In this document: positions 44,900 through 54,825 of the stretch, in pieces
Numbering within the stretch: the stretch's first letter is position 1
How the letters are laid out: the number at the start of each line of letters is the position of its first letter
NCBI GenBank assembly: GCA_031082145.1
Contig: JAVHLP010000005.1
Span: 34,676-98,675 of the forward strand
DNA: 64,000 bases
Source: a bacterium
Lineage (GTDB): Bacteria; Bacillota; Sulfobacillia; UBA995
Direction of reading: 5' to 3'
Notes under the pieces: generated by a model
Seen by the model: the letters and a program-made list of their open reading frames with translations, nothing else
The model's database searches: none
Told to the model about the DNA's origin: nothing
Program-made: the position numbers and the translations under genes

Positions 44900-45355
44900 T
44901 TGCGGTTGACCGAGCGACTGGCCGCTGATGCCCGGGAGGCCCTTCGAGCCCGCGATGGCTTTCGCCTTTCGGCCCTGCGATTGGCCCGGGCGGCCTTGCA
45001 GAACGCGGCCATTGAAAAGCGCTCAGAACTGGAGGACACCGACGCCATCGCCGTCCTTGCCCGCGAGATTCGCCAGCGCCGGGAGGCCGCCGAGGAGTAT
45101 CGCCGGCTGGGACGGGACGATGCCGCCGCCGGGCTCGAGCGCGAGGCGGCGATCCTCGGCGCTTACCTGCCGCCGCCGCTCACCGGGGACGAGCTGGATG
45201 GGATGATCAGGGAGGCCATAGTTGAGACGGGAGCCGCTTCCCAGCGGGACCTCGGCAGGGTGATGGCCGTTCTCATGCCCCGGCTGCGCGGCCGGGCCGA
45301 CGGTGGAGCGGTGAACCTCCGGTTGCGGGAGTTGCTGCCTCCTCCTCAGGCATAG
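44900..45355 (+). CDS. yqeY: GatB/YqeY domain protein
   Basis: Length and motifs (LRLARAALQNAAIEK...AILGAYLP) with the rpsU-yqeY linkage. Confidence 0.88.
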   Translation: MRLTERLAADAREALRARDGFRLSALRLARAALQNAAIEKRSELEDTDAIAVLAREIRQRREAAEEYRRLGRDDAAAGLEREAAILGAYLPPPLTGDELDGMIREAIVETGAASQRDLGRVMAVLMPRLRGRADGGAVNLRLRELLPPPQA

Positions 45356-45377
45356 TCCCCTGCTCCCGGGGCATAGA

Positions 45378-45731
45378 TTGCCCCGGGAGGTCTGGGCCGT
45401 GAAGCCACCCCGGGCCGCGAAGCGCTCCGACGGTTCCCTGCGGCTCCGCCTGGGGGCCGGGCTCCTGCGGCATCTTGGACTTCCGCCCGACGTTCTCATC
45501 GACCTGCCCCGTATCACCCTGGTAGGTAACCTCCAACTGACGCTGGAGAACCACAAAGGGCTGGACCGATTCTCGGCCGAGGAACTCGGGGTAGCCACAC
45601 GCATCGGCAAGATCCGCATCCGGGGTCAGGACCTGGTGATCGGGAGCGTGGGCGCGGACGAGATCCGGGTGATGGGCCGCATCGATTCACTCCAGTTCGA
45701 AGCCTCCTCGGGGAAGGCGGCAGGGAGGTGA
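45378..45731 (+). CDS. yqfC: Sporulation protein YqfC
   Basis: LPRITLVGNLQLTLENHKGL...IRIRGQDLVI matches YqfC and sits upstream of yqfD. Confidence 0.85.
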   Translation: MPREVWAVKPPRAAKRSDGSLRLRLGAGLLRHLGLPPDVLIDLPRITLVGNLQLTLENHKGLDRFSAEELGVATRIGKIRIRGQDLVIGSVGADEIRVMGRIDSLQFEASSGKAAGR

Positions 45732-46900
45732 ACTGGTGGCCCCGGTTCACCGGGGATGTGCGGATCAGGGTGGAGGGCCGGTACGCCGAACGTTTTGTCA
45801 ACCTCTGCGTATCGCGGCGGTTCGCCGTCACCGGCATCCGGCGATCAGGTTCTGCGCTGCGGCTCTGGCTGCCCGTAACCGCGCTCCGATCCGCCCGCGA
45901 ACTGGCCAGGGAGGCTGGAGTGCGGTTGCGCCTGGAGGGCCGGAGGGGAATACCCTTCGTGCTCAGGGAGCTCAGGCCCCACCGGGGGCTGCTGATCGGG
46001 GCCGTGCTGGCCGTTCTGGCCCTGAACGGTCTGGCCTCCGTCGTCTGGTTCGTCCAGGTCGAGGGAGCTTCTCGCTTGTCGCCGGCGGAGATCCTGGCCG
46101 CTGTCGACCGGGCCGGCCTGCGGCCCGGTCGCGTACGTCACGGCCTGGATCTCAACGCCATCGAGAGGCGGACCCTGCAAGCCATCGACGACCTTTCCTG
46201 GGTGGGCATCGAAGTGCGGGGAATCGTGGCCACGGTGGAGGTTGTGGAGAAGGATCCCCCGGCCCCGCTGCCGCCTGACCCTTCCCCGCGGGAGTTGGTC
46301 GCGGCCAGGGACGGCGTCATCCACACCCTGCTGGTATTCCAGGGTGAAGCGGTGGTTGCCCCGGGGCAGACAGTCGCGTCCGGGGACCTGGTTATCCGAG
46401 CCCCCCCGCCGGCGCCGGGCCGGTTGCCCCACGCCGGGGGTCTGGTAAGGGCGCGGGTGTGGTATACTGGGGAAGCGGCGGTACCGCTGGTCTGGACCTA
46501 CCACCGGGTGACCGGCCGCGTCCATGCGCGGTGGGCCCTTTGTCTCGCCGGGTGGGAGATCGTCCTCGGGGGCAAGGCGGTTCCGTTCGGGCAATACGAG
46601 AGCCACCGCCAGACCTGGCGGCCGCCCGGGTGGAGGAACGGCGACCTCCCTGTCGAATTGCTGAGAGACACTTACTATGAACTCGAGCCCGTGCATCGGG
46701 TGCTCAGTCCCGACGAGGCCGCCCTCCTTGCCGAACGCCTGGCCCATTCGCAAGCCGTAGCTCTGGTCCCCTTGTCGGCCAGGGTGATGGAACGGCAGGC
46801 GGAACGGATCGACTTGCCCGGACAGGTTTGGGTAAAGGTGACCATCGAGGTCCTGGAGGATATCGGCCTTCTCCGGCTCGCGGCTTCGATCAAGCAGTGA
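45728..46900 (+). CDS. yqfD: Sporulation protein YqfD
   Basis: About 390 aa with a central TM segment. N-terminal RIRVEGRYAERFVNLC pattern, in the yqfC-yqfD-phoH order. Confidence 0.82.
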   Translation: MNWWPRFTGDVRIRVEGRYAERFVNLCVSRRFAVTGIRRSGSALRLWLPVTALRSARELAREAGVRLRLEGRRGIPFVLRELRPHRGLLIGAVLAVLALNGLASVVWFVQVEGASRLSPAEILAAVDRAGLRPGRVRHGLDLNAIERRTLQAIDDLSWVGIEVRGIVATVEVVEKDPPAPLPPDPSPRELVAARDGVIHTLLVFQGEAVVAPGQTVASGDLVIRAPPPAPGRLPHAGGLVRARVWYTGEAAVPLVWTYHRVTGRVHARWALCLAGWEIVLGGKAVPFGQYESHRQTWRPPGWRNGDLPVELLRDTYYELEPVHRVLSPDEAALLAERLAHSQAVALVPLSARVMERQAERIDLPGQVWVKVTIEVLEDIGLLRLAASIKQ

Positions 46901-46925
46901 TCATGGGGGAGGGAACAGACAGCCT

Positions 46926-47933
46926 TTGTCACCGGCAGCAGGCGGACAAGCTGAGGCCCGGGTCATCGTCGCCGACAACGAGGAAGCCCTCAACTTGTTC
47001 GGCCGTTACGATCAGCACCTGCGCCTGATCGAGGAGAACTTCGGGGTGAGGGTGCTCGCCCGGGGCGAGGAACTGAGCATCACCGGCCCGGGCGAAGAAG
47101 TCGAGCGAGTGGCCGGCCTGTTCCGGCGCCTGCTGGAGGTTTCCCGGGCGGGGACCCCCATCTCCAGCCAGGAGCTTCGTTACGCCATCCGCCTGGCCAA
47201 GGAGAACTCGGCGGCCGACCTCGGCGACGTTTTCGGCGATATTATCGTGGTCACCCACCGGGGAAAGCCTATCCGGGCCAAGACCTCCGGGCAGAGAGTC
47301 TACGCCGAGGCCATCCAGGCCCGCGGCCTGGTCTTCGGCATCGGCCCGGCGGGCACGGGAAAGACGTATCTGGCGGTGGCGATGGCGGTGGCGGCCTTCA
47401 AGCGACGCGAGGTCAACCGCATCATCCTGACCCGGCCCGCCGTCGAAGCCGGCGAGCGCCTGGGCTTCCTGCCGGGAGCCCTCGAGGATAAGGTCCACCC
47501 CTACCTCCGTCCCATCTACGACGCCCTCTACGACGTGCTGGGACTGGAGAGCTTCCAGAAGTACATGGAACGGGGCAGCATCGAGGTGGCGCCGCTGGCC
47601 TACATGCGGGGACGCACCCTGGACGATTCGTTCGTCTTGCTGGATGAGGCGCAGAACACTACGCCTGAACAGATGAAGATGTTCCTGACCCGCCTCGGCC
47701 TCGGCTCGCGAGCGGTTGTCACCGGCGATATCACGCAGGTTGATCTGCCTCGCGGGCGCTGGTCCGGGCTGGAAGAGGTCCGCCGGGTGCTGCGAGGGGT
47801 TGAGGGGATCGAGTTCGTGTACCTCACGGAAAGGGACGTTGTCCGCCACGAGCTCGTGCAGAAGATCATCAAGGCCTATGAGGAATACGATCAGGCTCGC
47901 CCAACGGCCAATGCGGGCGGTGAGGTCGAATGA
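46926..47933 (+). CDS. phoH: PhoH family ATPase
   Basis: GPAGTGKTYLAVAMA Walker A, and LDEAQNTT. Confidence 0.93.
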   Translation: MSPAAGGQAEARVIVADNEEALNLFGRYDQHLRLIEENFGVRVLARGEELSITGPGEEVERVAGLFRRLLEVSRAGTPISSQELRYAIRLAKENSAADLGDVFGDIIVVTHRGKPIRAKTSGQRVYAEAIQARGLVFGIGPAGTGKTYLAVAMAVAAFKRREVNRIILTRPAVEAGERLGFLPGALEDKVHPYLRPIYDALYDVLGLESFQKYMERGSIEVAPLAYMRGRTLDDSFVLLDEAQNTTPEQMKMFLTRLGLGSRAVVTGDITQVDLPRGRWSGLEEVRRVLRGVEGIEFVYLTERDVVRHELVQKIIKAYEEYDQARPTANAGGEVE

Positions 47934-50023
47934 GGGCACGCTGGCTGCGGGAGCCGGGAGCACGCTACCTCTTCCGGGACCGTGGCGCCGCGAGTTGGGT
48001 ACGCCTGCTCTGGGCGGGCCTGACCTTCGCGCTGATCGTCGCCTTCCTCATGCCGGCCCTGGTTCCCGCCAAACTGCAGTTGGAAGCGGGGCAGGTGTCG
48101 CCCAAGGACATCTGGGCTCCCCGCACCATCGCCGACCGGTACCGGACGGACAGCCTGCGGGCGGCCGCCCGAGCCGAGGTCTCCGATTTCTACCGGCTGG
48201 ATCCCGGAGTCTGGCTGCGAGCCGACATGAGCATCGCCAGTGTCTTCAGTGGCCTGGCCGGCCTGGCCGCCCAGGGTGTGGAGGCGGGCAGGAAGCTGGA
48301 GCAAGCCCGCCAACTGGTCGGGGGCGAGCTGGCTGACTCGGTCCTGTTAGCCGTCCTGGAGGCCTCTCCCGGCTCCCGCCAGGACTTGGAGGCCCGCGTC
48401 CGGGAGACGGTGGGTGAACTCCTGCAGGCCGGCATCAAGCCGGAGTACGTGGAGACGGCCAGGAAGCAGGCGGCAACCGAACTGGGAGTCGCCGACCTTG
48501 AACGCAATCTCAGGTTGTTTGGCGCCGAACTGGCCCGTCAGGTCCTAGAGGCCAACATGTTCTTTGACGAACAGGAGACCCGCCGCAAGGGCCAGGAGGC
48601 GGCCGACGAGATCGAACCGCTCAGGATCATCCAGGGGCAGGTTGTCGTCCGCGAGGGCGACGTCATAACCGAGCACCAGATCGCCATCCTGGGGGATCTC
48701 GGGCTCCTGCAGACCACTCCCGCCTACCCCGCCCGGGTGGGCGTCCTCGTGGTGGCGGCGCTGCTTGTGGCTAGCCTGGCCTTTTATCTCAAGCTGTTCT
48801 CGCCATTGGTCTTCGGCAGTAACCAGAGGGTGTTGCTGCTGTTCGTGATCATGTCGGGTTCGATTGGCCTGGTCTGGGCGGCTGGCAGCTTGTCCGGGTA
48901 CCTGGTTCCGGTGGCCGTAGGGTCCATGTTGACCACCATCTTACTCGGCCCCCCGGCCGGGGTCGGAGTCGCCGTGCTGCTGGCGCTCCTGGCCGGTCTG
49001 GGTCCGGGCACCCACCTGCTGGTGGCCCTGCTAGGAGGCTTGGCGGGAGTGTATGGTGTGGCTACCCTGGCCCAACGCTCCGACCTCATGCGTTCAGGGG
49101 CGTTGGTGGCCGGGGCGAACGTGGCCGCGATCTTTGGGCTGTCGCTGGTGGGGGCAAGATCAATCGCCGAGGTGGGCTTCTGGCTCGATCACCTGTGGGG
49201 GATCGCCAATGGCATCTTCTCGGCCATCCTGACCATCGGCTCCCTGCCCTTCCTGGAGAACCTGTTCGGCATCGTGACCCCGCTCAAGCTCCTGGAGTTG
49301 TCCAACCCCAACCAGCCCCTGCTCCGCAGGATGCTCCTCGAGGCCCCCGGGACCCATCACCACAGCGTCATGGTGGCCAACCTGGCCGAGGCGGCCACCG
49401 AGCGGGTCGGCGGCGAGGCCCTCCTGGCTCGAGTAGGCGCCTACTACCATGACGTCGGCAAGATAAAGCGCGCCTACTTCTTCGTTGAGAACCAGTTGTT
49501 CGGAGACGAGAATCCCCACGACAAGCTCTCGCCCAACCTCTCAGCCCTCATCGTGACCTCCCACGTGAGGGATGGGGTAGAGCTGGCTCAGGAAGAGAAC
49601 CTCCCCGAGTCCTTGATCGACTTCATCCGCCAGCACCATGGCACCAGCCTGGTGACTTACTTCTTCCACCGGGCGACAGAGAATGGCCGGGATGAACCAG
49701 TTATGGAGCAGGACTTCAGATACGACGGCCCCATTCCCGATACCCGGGAGACGGCCATCGTCATGCTGGCGGACGCCTGCGAGGCCGCCGTCCGGGCCTT
49801 GCACCGGCCCAATCCGGCGAGGATCGAAGCCACCGTCCGCCGGATCATACGGGAGCGCCTTGACGACGGCCAACTGAACCAGTCTGATCTGACCTTGCGG
49901 GACCTGGATGCCGTGGCGGAGGAGTTCACCCGCCTCCTGACCGGGTTCTTCCATACCAGGGTACAGTATCCGGAGAGCATGGTCGGCGACTTGAAAGAGC
50001 CGGACGGGGGCTCCGGACGGTGA
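47930..50023 (+). CDS. pgpH: 7TM-HD membrane phosphohydrolase (PgpH/YqfF type)
   Basis: Extracellular domain, seven TM helices, then HD domain HHSVMVANLAE...YYHDVGK. Confidence 0.9.
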   Translation: MRARWLREPGARYLFRDRGAASWVRLLWAGLTFALIVAFLMPALVPAKLQLEAGQVSPKDIWAPRTIADRYRTDSLRAAARAEVSDFYRLDPGVWLRADMSIASVFSGLAGLAAQGVEAGRKLEQARQLVGGELADSVLLAVLEASPGSRQDLEARVRETVGELLQAGIKPEYVETARKQAATELGVADLERNLRLFGAELARQVLEANMFFDEQETRRKGQEAADEIEPLRIIQGQVVVREGDVITEHQIAILGDLGLLQTTPAYPARVGVLVVAALLVASLAFYLKLFSPLVFGSNQRVLLLFVIMSGSIGLVWAAGSLSGYLVPVAVGSMLTTILLGPPAGVGVAVLLALLAGLGPGTHLLVALLGGLAGVYGVATLAQRSDLMRSGALVAGANVAAIFGLSLVGARSIAEVGFWLDHLWGIANGIFSAILTIGSLPFLENLFGIVTPLKLLELSNPNQPLLRRMLLEAPGTHHHSVMVANLAEAATERVGGEALLARVGAYYHDVGKIKRAYFFVENQLFGDENPHDKLSPNLSALIVTSHVRDGVELAQEENLPESLIDFIRQHHGTSLVTYFFHRATENGRDEPVMEQDFRYDGPIPDTRETAIVMLADACEAAVRALHRPNPARIEATVRRIIRERLDDGQLNQSDLTLRDLDAVAEEFTRLLTGFFHTRVQYPESMVGDLKEPDGGSGR

Positions 50024-50472
50024 ACGTCTCCGTTGACGTGATCAACCGACAGGATCGGGTGCGACTGGAGAGGATCCACGAGGACGCTCTGCACGAGGCG
50101 GCCCTTGCCGCTCTGGCGGCAGGAGGTTGGAGTGCCCCCGGGGAGTTGAGTCTTTGCCTGGTGGACGACCCGGCCATGGCCGAGCTCAACCGGCAGTACC
50201 GCGGCCAAGATGGGCCTACCGATGTACTGGCCTTTCCTCAACTGGGCGGGCCGGGGCCCGAGGGCCTCCCGCCACACCTGGGGGATGTCGTCATCTCCGT
50301 CGAGCGCGCTCTGACCCAGGGCGAGACCCTGGAGAGCGAGCTGACCTTCCTGGCGATCCATGGCGTGCTGCACTTGCTGGGGTTTGACCACCTGGACGCT
50401 GAGGGGGAGGCCCTCATGGGGGAGAAAGAGAGGGCAGCCCGGCTGCGGTTGAGCGGACATGTTGAAACGTGA
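50020..50472 (+). CDS. ybeY: rRNA maturation RNase YbeY
   Basis: HGVLHLLGFDH zinc motif. Confidence 0.93.
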   Translation: MNVSVDVINRQDRVRLERIHEDALHEAALAALAAGGWSAPGELSLCLVDDPAMAELNRQYRGQDGPTDVLAFPQLGGPGPEGLPPHLGDVVISVERALTQGETLESELTFLAIHGVLHLLGFDHLDAEGEALMGEKERAARLRLSGHVET

Positions 50473-50944
50473 CACCAGCCTGACTGAGAGCTTCCGGGGA
50501 GCCTGGGACGGTCTCGCCGCGGCCTACCGCAAGGAACCCAACCTGCGCTTCCATGTCGCTGCCGCCTGGCTAGCCCTGGGGATGGCCTGGCTGGCCCCTC
50601 TCTCCATTCTCGAGTGGGTCTGCCTGATCATCCTGATCGGGGTGGTCGTCTTCGCGGAACTGGTGAACACCGCCATGGAGCGGCTGGGAGACCAGGGAGC
50701 CCGGGGTGAGCCCTCCTTGCTGGTAGGCGAGGCCAAACAGGTGGCTGCCGGAGCGGTGCTGGTAACGGCGTTAGCCGCGGTGGCCGCCGGCCTGTTGCTG
50801 TTTGCCCCGAAGCTCTCCTCGGTGGTAGAACGCCTGGAGTTCCTGGCCGCCACGAATCCCGTCGCGGTGGGAGGCTATCTGTTAGTTCTGGGCGTCCTGG
50901 GCTGGGGAGCGCTGGTAGGACGCCGGTCAAGAGGTGAGCGATGA
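50459..50944 (+). CDS. dgkA: Diacylglycerol/undecaprenol kinase
   Basis: Three TM helices, NLRFH and ELVNTAMERLGD motifs. Confidence 0.88.
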   Translation: MLKRDTSLTESFRGAWDGLAAAYRKEPNLRFHVAAAWLALGMAWLAPLSILEWVCLIILIGVVVFAELVNTAMERLGDQGARGEPSLLVGEAKQVAAGAVLVTALAAVAAGLLLFAPKLSSVVERLEFLAATNPVAVGGYLLVLGVLGWGALVGRRSRGER

Positions 50945-51582
50945 AACAGCTACGGACCTTTTTCCTGGCCGGGTTGCTGACCCTGGTTCCGGTTCTGGCG
51001 ACCTGGCTGGTAGTCTCATGGCTCTTCCGCTTGCTCGACGGCTGGATGGCCCGCTGGGTCACGCTGGCCCTGGGCCGGCCGGTACCAGGGCTTGGACTGG
51101 CGGCCACCCTGACCGTCATCATCCTGACCGGCTTCGCCGCCACCAACTACTTCGGCCGCCGGGCCATCAGCTTTGGAGAGACCCTGATTGCCCGTACGCC
51201 TCTCATCAGGAGCGTCTACCAGACCGTCAAACAGATCACCGACGCCTTTGCCCGGCACGACACCGCCACCTTCAAGCGGGTGGCGTTGATCGAGTACCCC
51301 CGTAAGGGAGTCTGGGCGGTGGCCTTTACGACCGGCGCCGCCGGGGGCGAGATCGCGGCCAGGACACAGACCGACCTGGTGAGTGTCTTTCTCCCCACGA
51401 CTCCCAACCCGACCTCCGGATTCCTGCTGATGGTGCCCAGGGAAGAGATTGTCTTTCTCAGCATGCCGGTGGAAGAAGGGCTCAAGCTAGTGATCTCGGG
51501 CGGCATGCTGTCGGCGGGAGGGGTTCGCGGCGGAACCGTGCGCCCGGCTGTGGCGTCGGATAGGGCAGAGGAGTCGGCCTGA
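50941..51582 (+). CDS. DUF502 membrane protein
   Basis: Two N-terminal TM helices, IPLIRSVY-like TPLIRSVYQTVKQ, and PTTPNPTSGFLLMVP. Confidence 0.8.
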   Translation: MKQLRTFFLAGLLTLVPVLATWLVVSWLFRLLDGWMARWVTLALGRPVPGLGLAATLTVIILTGFAATNYFGRRAISFGETLIARTPLIRSVYQTVKQITDAFARHDTATFKRVALIEYPRKGVWAVAFTTGAAGGEIAARTQTDLVSVFLPTTPNPTSGFLLMVPREEIVFLSMPVEEGLKLVISGGMLSAGGVRGGTVRPAVASDRAEESA

Positions 51583-51598
51583 TCGGAGGGCTGAGGGG

Positions 51599-52654
51599 AT
51601 GCGACGCGGCACACTGGTGGCGGTGACCGCACTATTGCTGGTCGTCGCCGGTTGCCGGGAGGTCCCGCCTCCACCCGTCACCGGCGAGGACGCTCCCGTG
51701 AGTTTCCCCGCGGTGGAAGCGGCTCCCTCACCTCCCCAGTTCGTCTGTCCCCTGGACGGCGAGTTCGCAGCCGAGGCCGAGGTCTCCCGGCGAATCCTGG
51801 CGGTGATCATGGACAACCACCCCTCCGCTCGCCCGCAAGCCGGTCTGGCCCAAGCCTGCCTGGTCTACGAGGTGTTGGTGGAGGGGGGCATCACCCGGCT
51901 CGTGGCCTTCTACCTCCATGGCGAGGCTCCGGTGCTGCTGCCCATCCGTAGCGCCCGCCCCTACTTCCTGGACTGGGTGGCTGAACTCGACGCCGTCCTG
52001 GCCCACTGCGGCGGGACTCCGGACGCGATGACCGACCTCGCCCGGCTGAAGATCCCTGGCCTGGACGAGGTGCAACGGGCGCAGGCTTACTACGAGCGGC
52101 ATACCGGGCGCAAGGCCCCCTACAACCTGCGCTCCAGTACCGCCCGCCTGCGCCAGGCCATCGCCGCCTTCGGCTACCAGTACGATCCCCCCCGCGTTCC
52201 CGGCGGGTTGTTCCGCTTTGATGCCAACCCAGCCTGGGAGGGAGAGCCGGCGGCCGTCGTGCGGCTGGCCTATGGAGCCTCCTCCCGCCCCAGCGTGGCG
52301 GAGTGGCGCTACGATGAGGCCACCGGCTACTACCTGCGATTCCAGAACGGTTTGGCTCACACCTCGGCCACCGATAGCCGGGAACAGGTGAAGGCGGGGA
52401 CGGTGATCGTCCTGCCGGTGAGGACAACACCGGTCAAGGATAGCCCCGAGGGCTACCTGAGCCTGCAACTGGTGGGCAACGGAAAGGCCACCGTGTTCGC
52501 CCGGGGGATGGCCGTAGAGGCCCGCTGGTCCAAGAAGGATCGCGCCAGTCCGACCATCTACACCCTGGCCGCGGGCTCCGAGCTCGTGCTGCCGCCGGGA
52601 CCGGTCTGGATCCAGGTGGTGCCCCTCGACATGGTGGTAGAGGTGCAGCGGTGA
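51599..52654 (+). CDS. DUF3048 lipoprotein
   Basis: Lipobox LLVVAGC. AVIMDNHPSARPQAGL...VYEVLVEGGITRL is typical of DUF3048. Confidence 0.8.
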   Translation: MRRGTLVAVTALLLVVAGCREVPPPPVTGEDAPVSFPAVEAAPSPPQFVCPLDGEFAAEAEVSRRILAVIMDNHPSARPQAGLAQACLVYEVLVEGGITRLVAFYLHGEAPVLLPIRSARPYFLDWVAELDAVLAHCGGTPDAMTDLARLKIPGLDEVQRAQAYYERHTGRKAPYNLRSSTARLRQAIAAFGYQYDPPRVPGGLFRFDANPAWEGEPAAVVRLAYGASSRPSVAEWRYDEATGYYLRFQNGLAHTSATDSREQVKAGTVIVLPVRTTPVKDSPEGYLSLQLVGNGKATVFARGMAVEARWSKKDRASPTIYTLAAGSELVLPPGPVWIQVVPLDMVVEVQR

Positions 52655-53046
52655 ACACCGTTTGGGCCCGCCTGGTCGGCGAGGCGGCCGACGCCCGGCA
52701 GCGTGCCTACGCTCCCTACTCCGGGTTCGCGGTGGGAGCTGCCCTCCTCGCCGCCGATGGCTCCGTCTTCACCGGGGCCAACGTGGAGAACGCCTCCTAC
52801 GGGCTCACCCTCTGTGCCGAACGGGTAGCGCTGGCCGGCGCCGTGGCCGCCGGCAAGCGTGAGTTCGCGGCCCTGGCAGTGGTTGCCGAGGGCTCCACCG
52901 TGCCTTGCGGCGCCTGCCTGCAGTCGCTGGCGGAGTTCGCTCCCTCCTTGCCGGTCATCCTGGCCGAGCCCGGCGGGCCTCCCCGGGCACTGGAGTTGGC
53001 CCACCTTCTCCCCAAGCCCTTCACGTCACGGGAGAAACTGCCTTGA
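52651..53046 (+). CDS. cdd: Cytidine deaminase
   Basis: CAERVA and PCGACLQ zinc motifs. Confidence 0.93.
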   Translation: MNTVWARLVGEAADARQRAYAPYSGFAVGAALLAADGSVFTGANVENASYGLTLCAERVALAGAVAAGKREFAALAVVAEGSTVPCGACLQSLAEFAPSLPVILAEPGGPPRALELAHLLPKPFTSREKLP

Positions 53047-53936
53047 CCGCTTTCCGTTCCGGCTTTGCCGTCATCCTGGGCCGTCCCAACGTGGGGAAGT
53101 CCACCTTGCTGAACCGGCTGATCGGTCAGAAGCTGGCCATCGTGTCGGACAAGCCGCAGACTACCCGCAACCGTATCATCGGGGTGGTCCACCGCCCCGG
53201 GGGCCAACTGGTCTTGGTGGACACCCCCGGCATGCACCGCCCCCGCCACAAGCTCGGCGAGTACATGGTGGCGGTGGCCCGCCAGGCCATGCGGGAGGTG
53301 GAAGCCCTCTTGCTGGTGGTCGAGGCGACCTCGGCTCCCGGCCCCGGTGACCGCTACCTGGCCCGCGAACTCGAGGCGGCCGCCACCCCCTCGCTGCTCC
53401 TGGTCAACAAGGCGGACCTGGTGTCCGCTCCCGCCGCCGCTCGGGTGGCGGAGCAGTACGCAAGCCTTGGCGCTTTCCGACGGACCTTTGTGCTCTCCGC
53501 CCTGGCCGATCCCGATCTCGAGCCCCTGGTGGATGCGGTGCTGGATCTATGCCCGGAGGGACCCGCCTACTACCCCCCGGACACGGTTACCGACCAGCCG
53601 GAGCGTTTCGTGGTCGGCGAACTGGTACGAGAAAAGGTCATGCTACTCACCCGCGAGGAGATCCCCCATGCGGTGGCGGTCCAGATCGAGGAGTGGGCGG
53701 AACGCCCGGGCGGGTTGATCCTGATCCGGGCCACCATCCACGTGGAGCGGGAATCGCAGAAGAAGATCGTCATCGGCCAGGGGGGCAGCCTGCTCAAGCA
53801 GGTGGGCCAGTTGGCCCGGCAGGAGATCGAAGCGCTCCTCGGCACCCGGGTCTACCTCGAGTTGTGGGTCAAGGTGAGCCCCGATTGGCGTGATCGGGCC
53901 ACCGTCCTGCGCTCCCTGGGATACCGCGACACCTGA
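53043..53936 (+). CDS. era: GTPase Era
   Basis: GRPNVGKSTLLN, DTPG and NKAD motifs with a C-terminal KH domain. TTG 53043 forms a TTGA overlap with cdd. Confidence 0.93.
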   Translation: MTAFRSGFAVILGRPNVGKSTLLNRLIGQKLAIVSDKPQTTRNRIIGVVHRPGGQLVLVDTPGMHRPRHKLGEYMVAVARQAMREVEALLLVVEATSAPGPGDRYLARELEAAATPSLLLVNKADLVSAPAAARVAEQYASLGAFRRTFVLSALADPDLEPLVDAVLDLCPEGPAYYPPDTVTDQPERFVVGELVREKVMLLTREEIPHAVAVQIEEWAERPGGLILIRATIHVERESQKKIVIGQGGSLLKQVGQLARQEIEALLGTRVYLELWVKVSPDWRDRATVLRSLGYRDT

Positions 53937-54699
53937 GGCGAAGGGGGAGACGCCCCTGCCTACCTACAACCAGGAAGCCGTGGTGCTGCGCACCCGGGAC
54001 CTCGGGGAGGCCGACCGCCTGGTCACCCTGTTCACCCGGGAGCGGGGCAAGGTGAACGGCGTTGCCCGGGGGGCCCGGCGGGCGGCCAGCCGCCTGGCCG
54101 GCTCCCTTCAGCCGCTCTCCCATATCCGCTGTCAGCTGGCCCGGGCCCGCACCCTGGACATCATCACCCAAGTCGAACTCATCGAGTCCTTCCCCTCGGT
54201 GCGCGGGGATCTGACCCTGGTGACCTACGCCAACCACTTTCTGGAGCTCGTGGACGTGGTCGCCCCCGAGCGCGAGGCCGGCGACCTCTTCCCGTTGCTC
54301 CTGGGAGGACTCCACCTGCTGGCGGCGGGAGTGGATCCCGGCCTGGTCAGCCGCGCCTTCGAGCTGAGGCTACTGGCCGCCGCCGGCTTCGGCCCGGCCC
54401 TACGGGACTGCGCCCGCTGCGGGCGACCGGTGGAGGAGAGGGGCGATCTCAGCTTCAGCCCGGGGGAAGGCGGCGTTCTTTGCGGGGAGTGCGACGGTGG
54501 CGCTCTCCTGCGCCGGAGCGTGCTGGCTGCCCTGATATACCTCCAGGAGGCCGATCTGCGGCAGATCGGGCGGCTGGCCGTGGACGAGCGAGACCGCGGC
54601 GAGATGGAGGGACTGCTCCGGGCCCACCTCACCTATCACCTGGACCGGCCCCTGCGGTCACTGGCCTTCCTGGATACGCTCCGGCGGGGCGAGCGATGA
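53890..54699 (+). CDS. recO: DNA repair protein RecO (start uncertain)
   Basis: EAVVLRTRDLGEADRLVTLFTRERGK OB-fold N-terminus and a CxxC...CxxC zinc motif. GTG 53890 overlaps era by 47 nt. CTG 53956 follows AAGGGGGAG. Confidence 0.88.
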   Translation: MIGPPSCAPWDTATPEAKGETPLPTYNQEAVVLRTRDLGEADRLVTLFTRERGKVNGVARGARRAASRLAGSLQPLSHIRCQLARARTLDIITQVELIESFPSVRGDLTLVTYANHFLELVDVVAPEREAGDLFPLLLGGLHLLAAGVDPGLVSRAFELRLLAAAGFGPALRDCARCGRPVEERGDLSFSPGEGGVLCGECDGGALLRRSVLAALIYLQEADLRQIGRLAVDERDRGEMEGLLRAHLTYHLDRPLRSLAFLDTLRRGER

Positions 54700-54825
54700 G
54701 ATCCCCGGACGACCGATCTCCCGGCAGAGGCAGGGATCCGTAGTTGATCTTCCTCTCCGGTGGCCGGCAACCCCGAGCATCACTCCAAGGCAGGCAGGAC
54801 TAGGGACACTCCTCTCCAGGTCATG

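Noticed and set aside
46929-47963. 344-aa ORF antisense to phoH.
   Set aside because: The plus strand has the PhoH Walker motifs. The antisense product is unremarkable, and this is a typical GC-rich shadow ORF.
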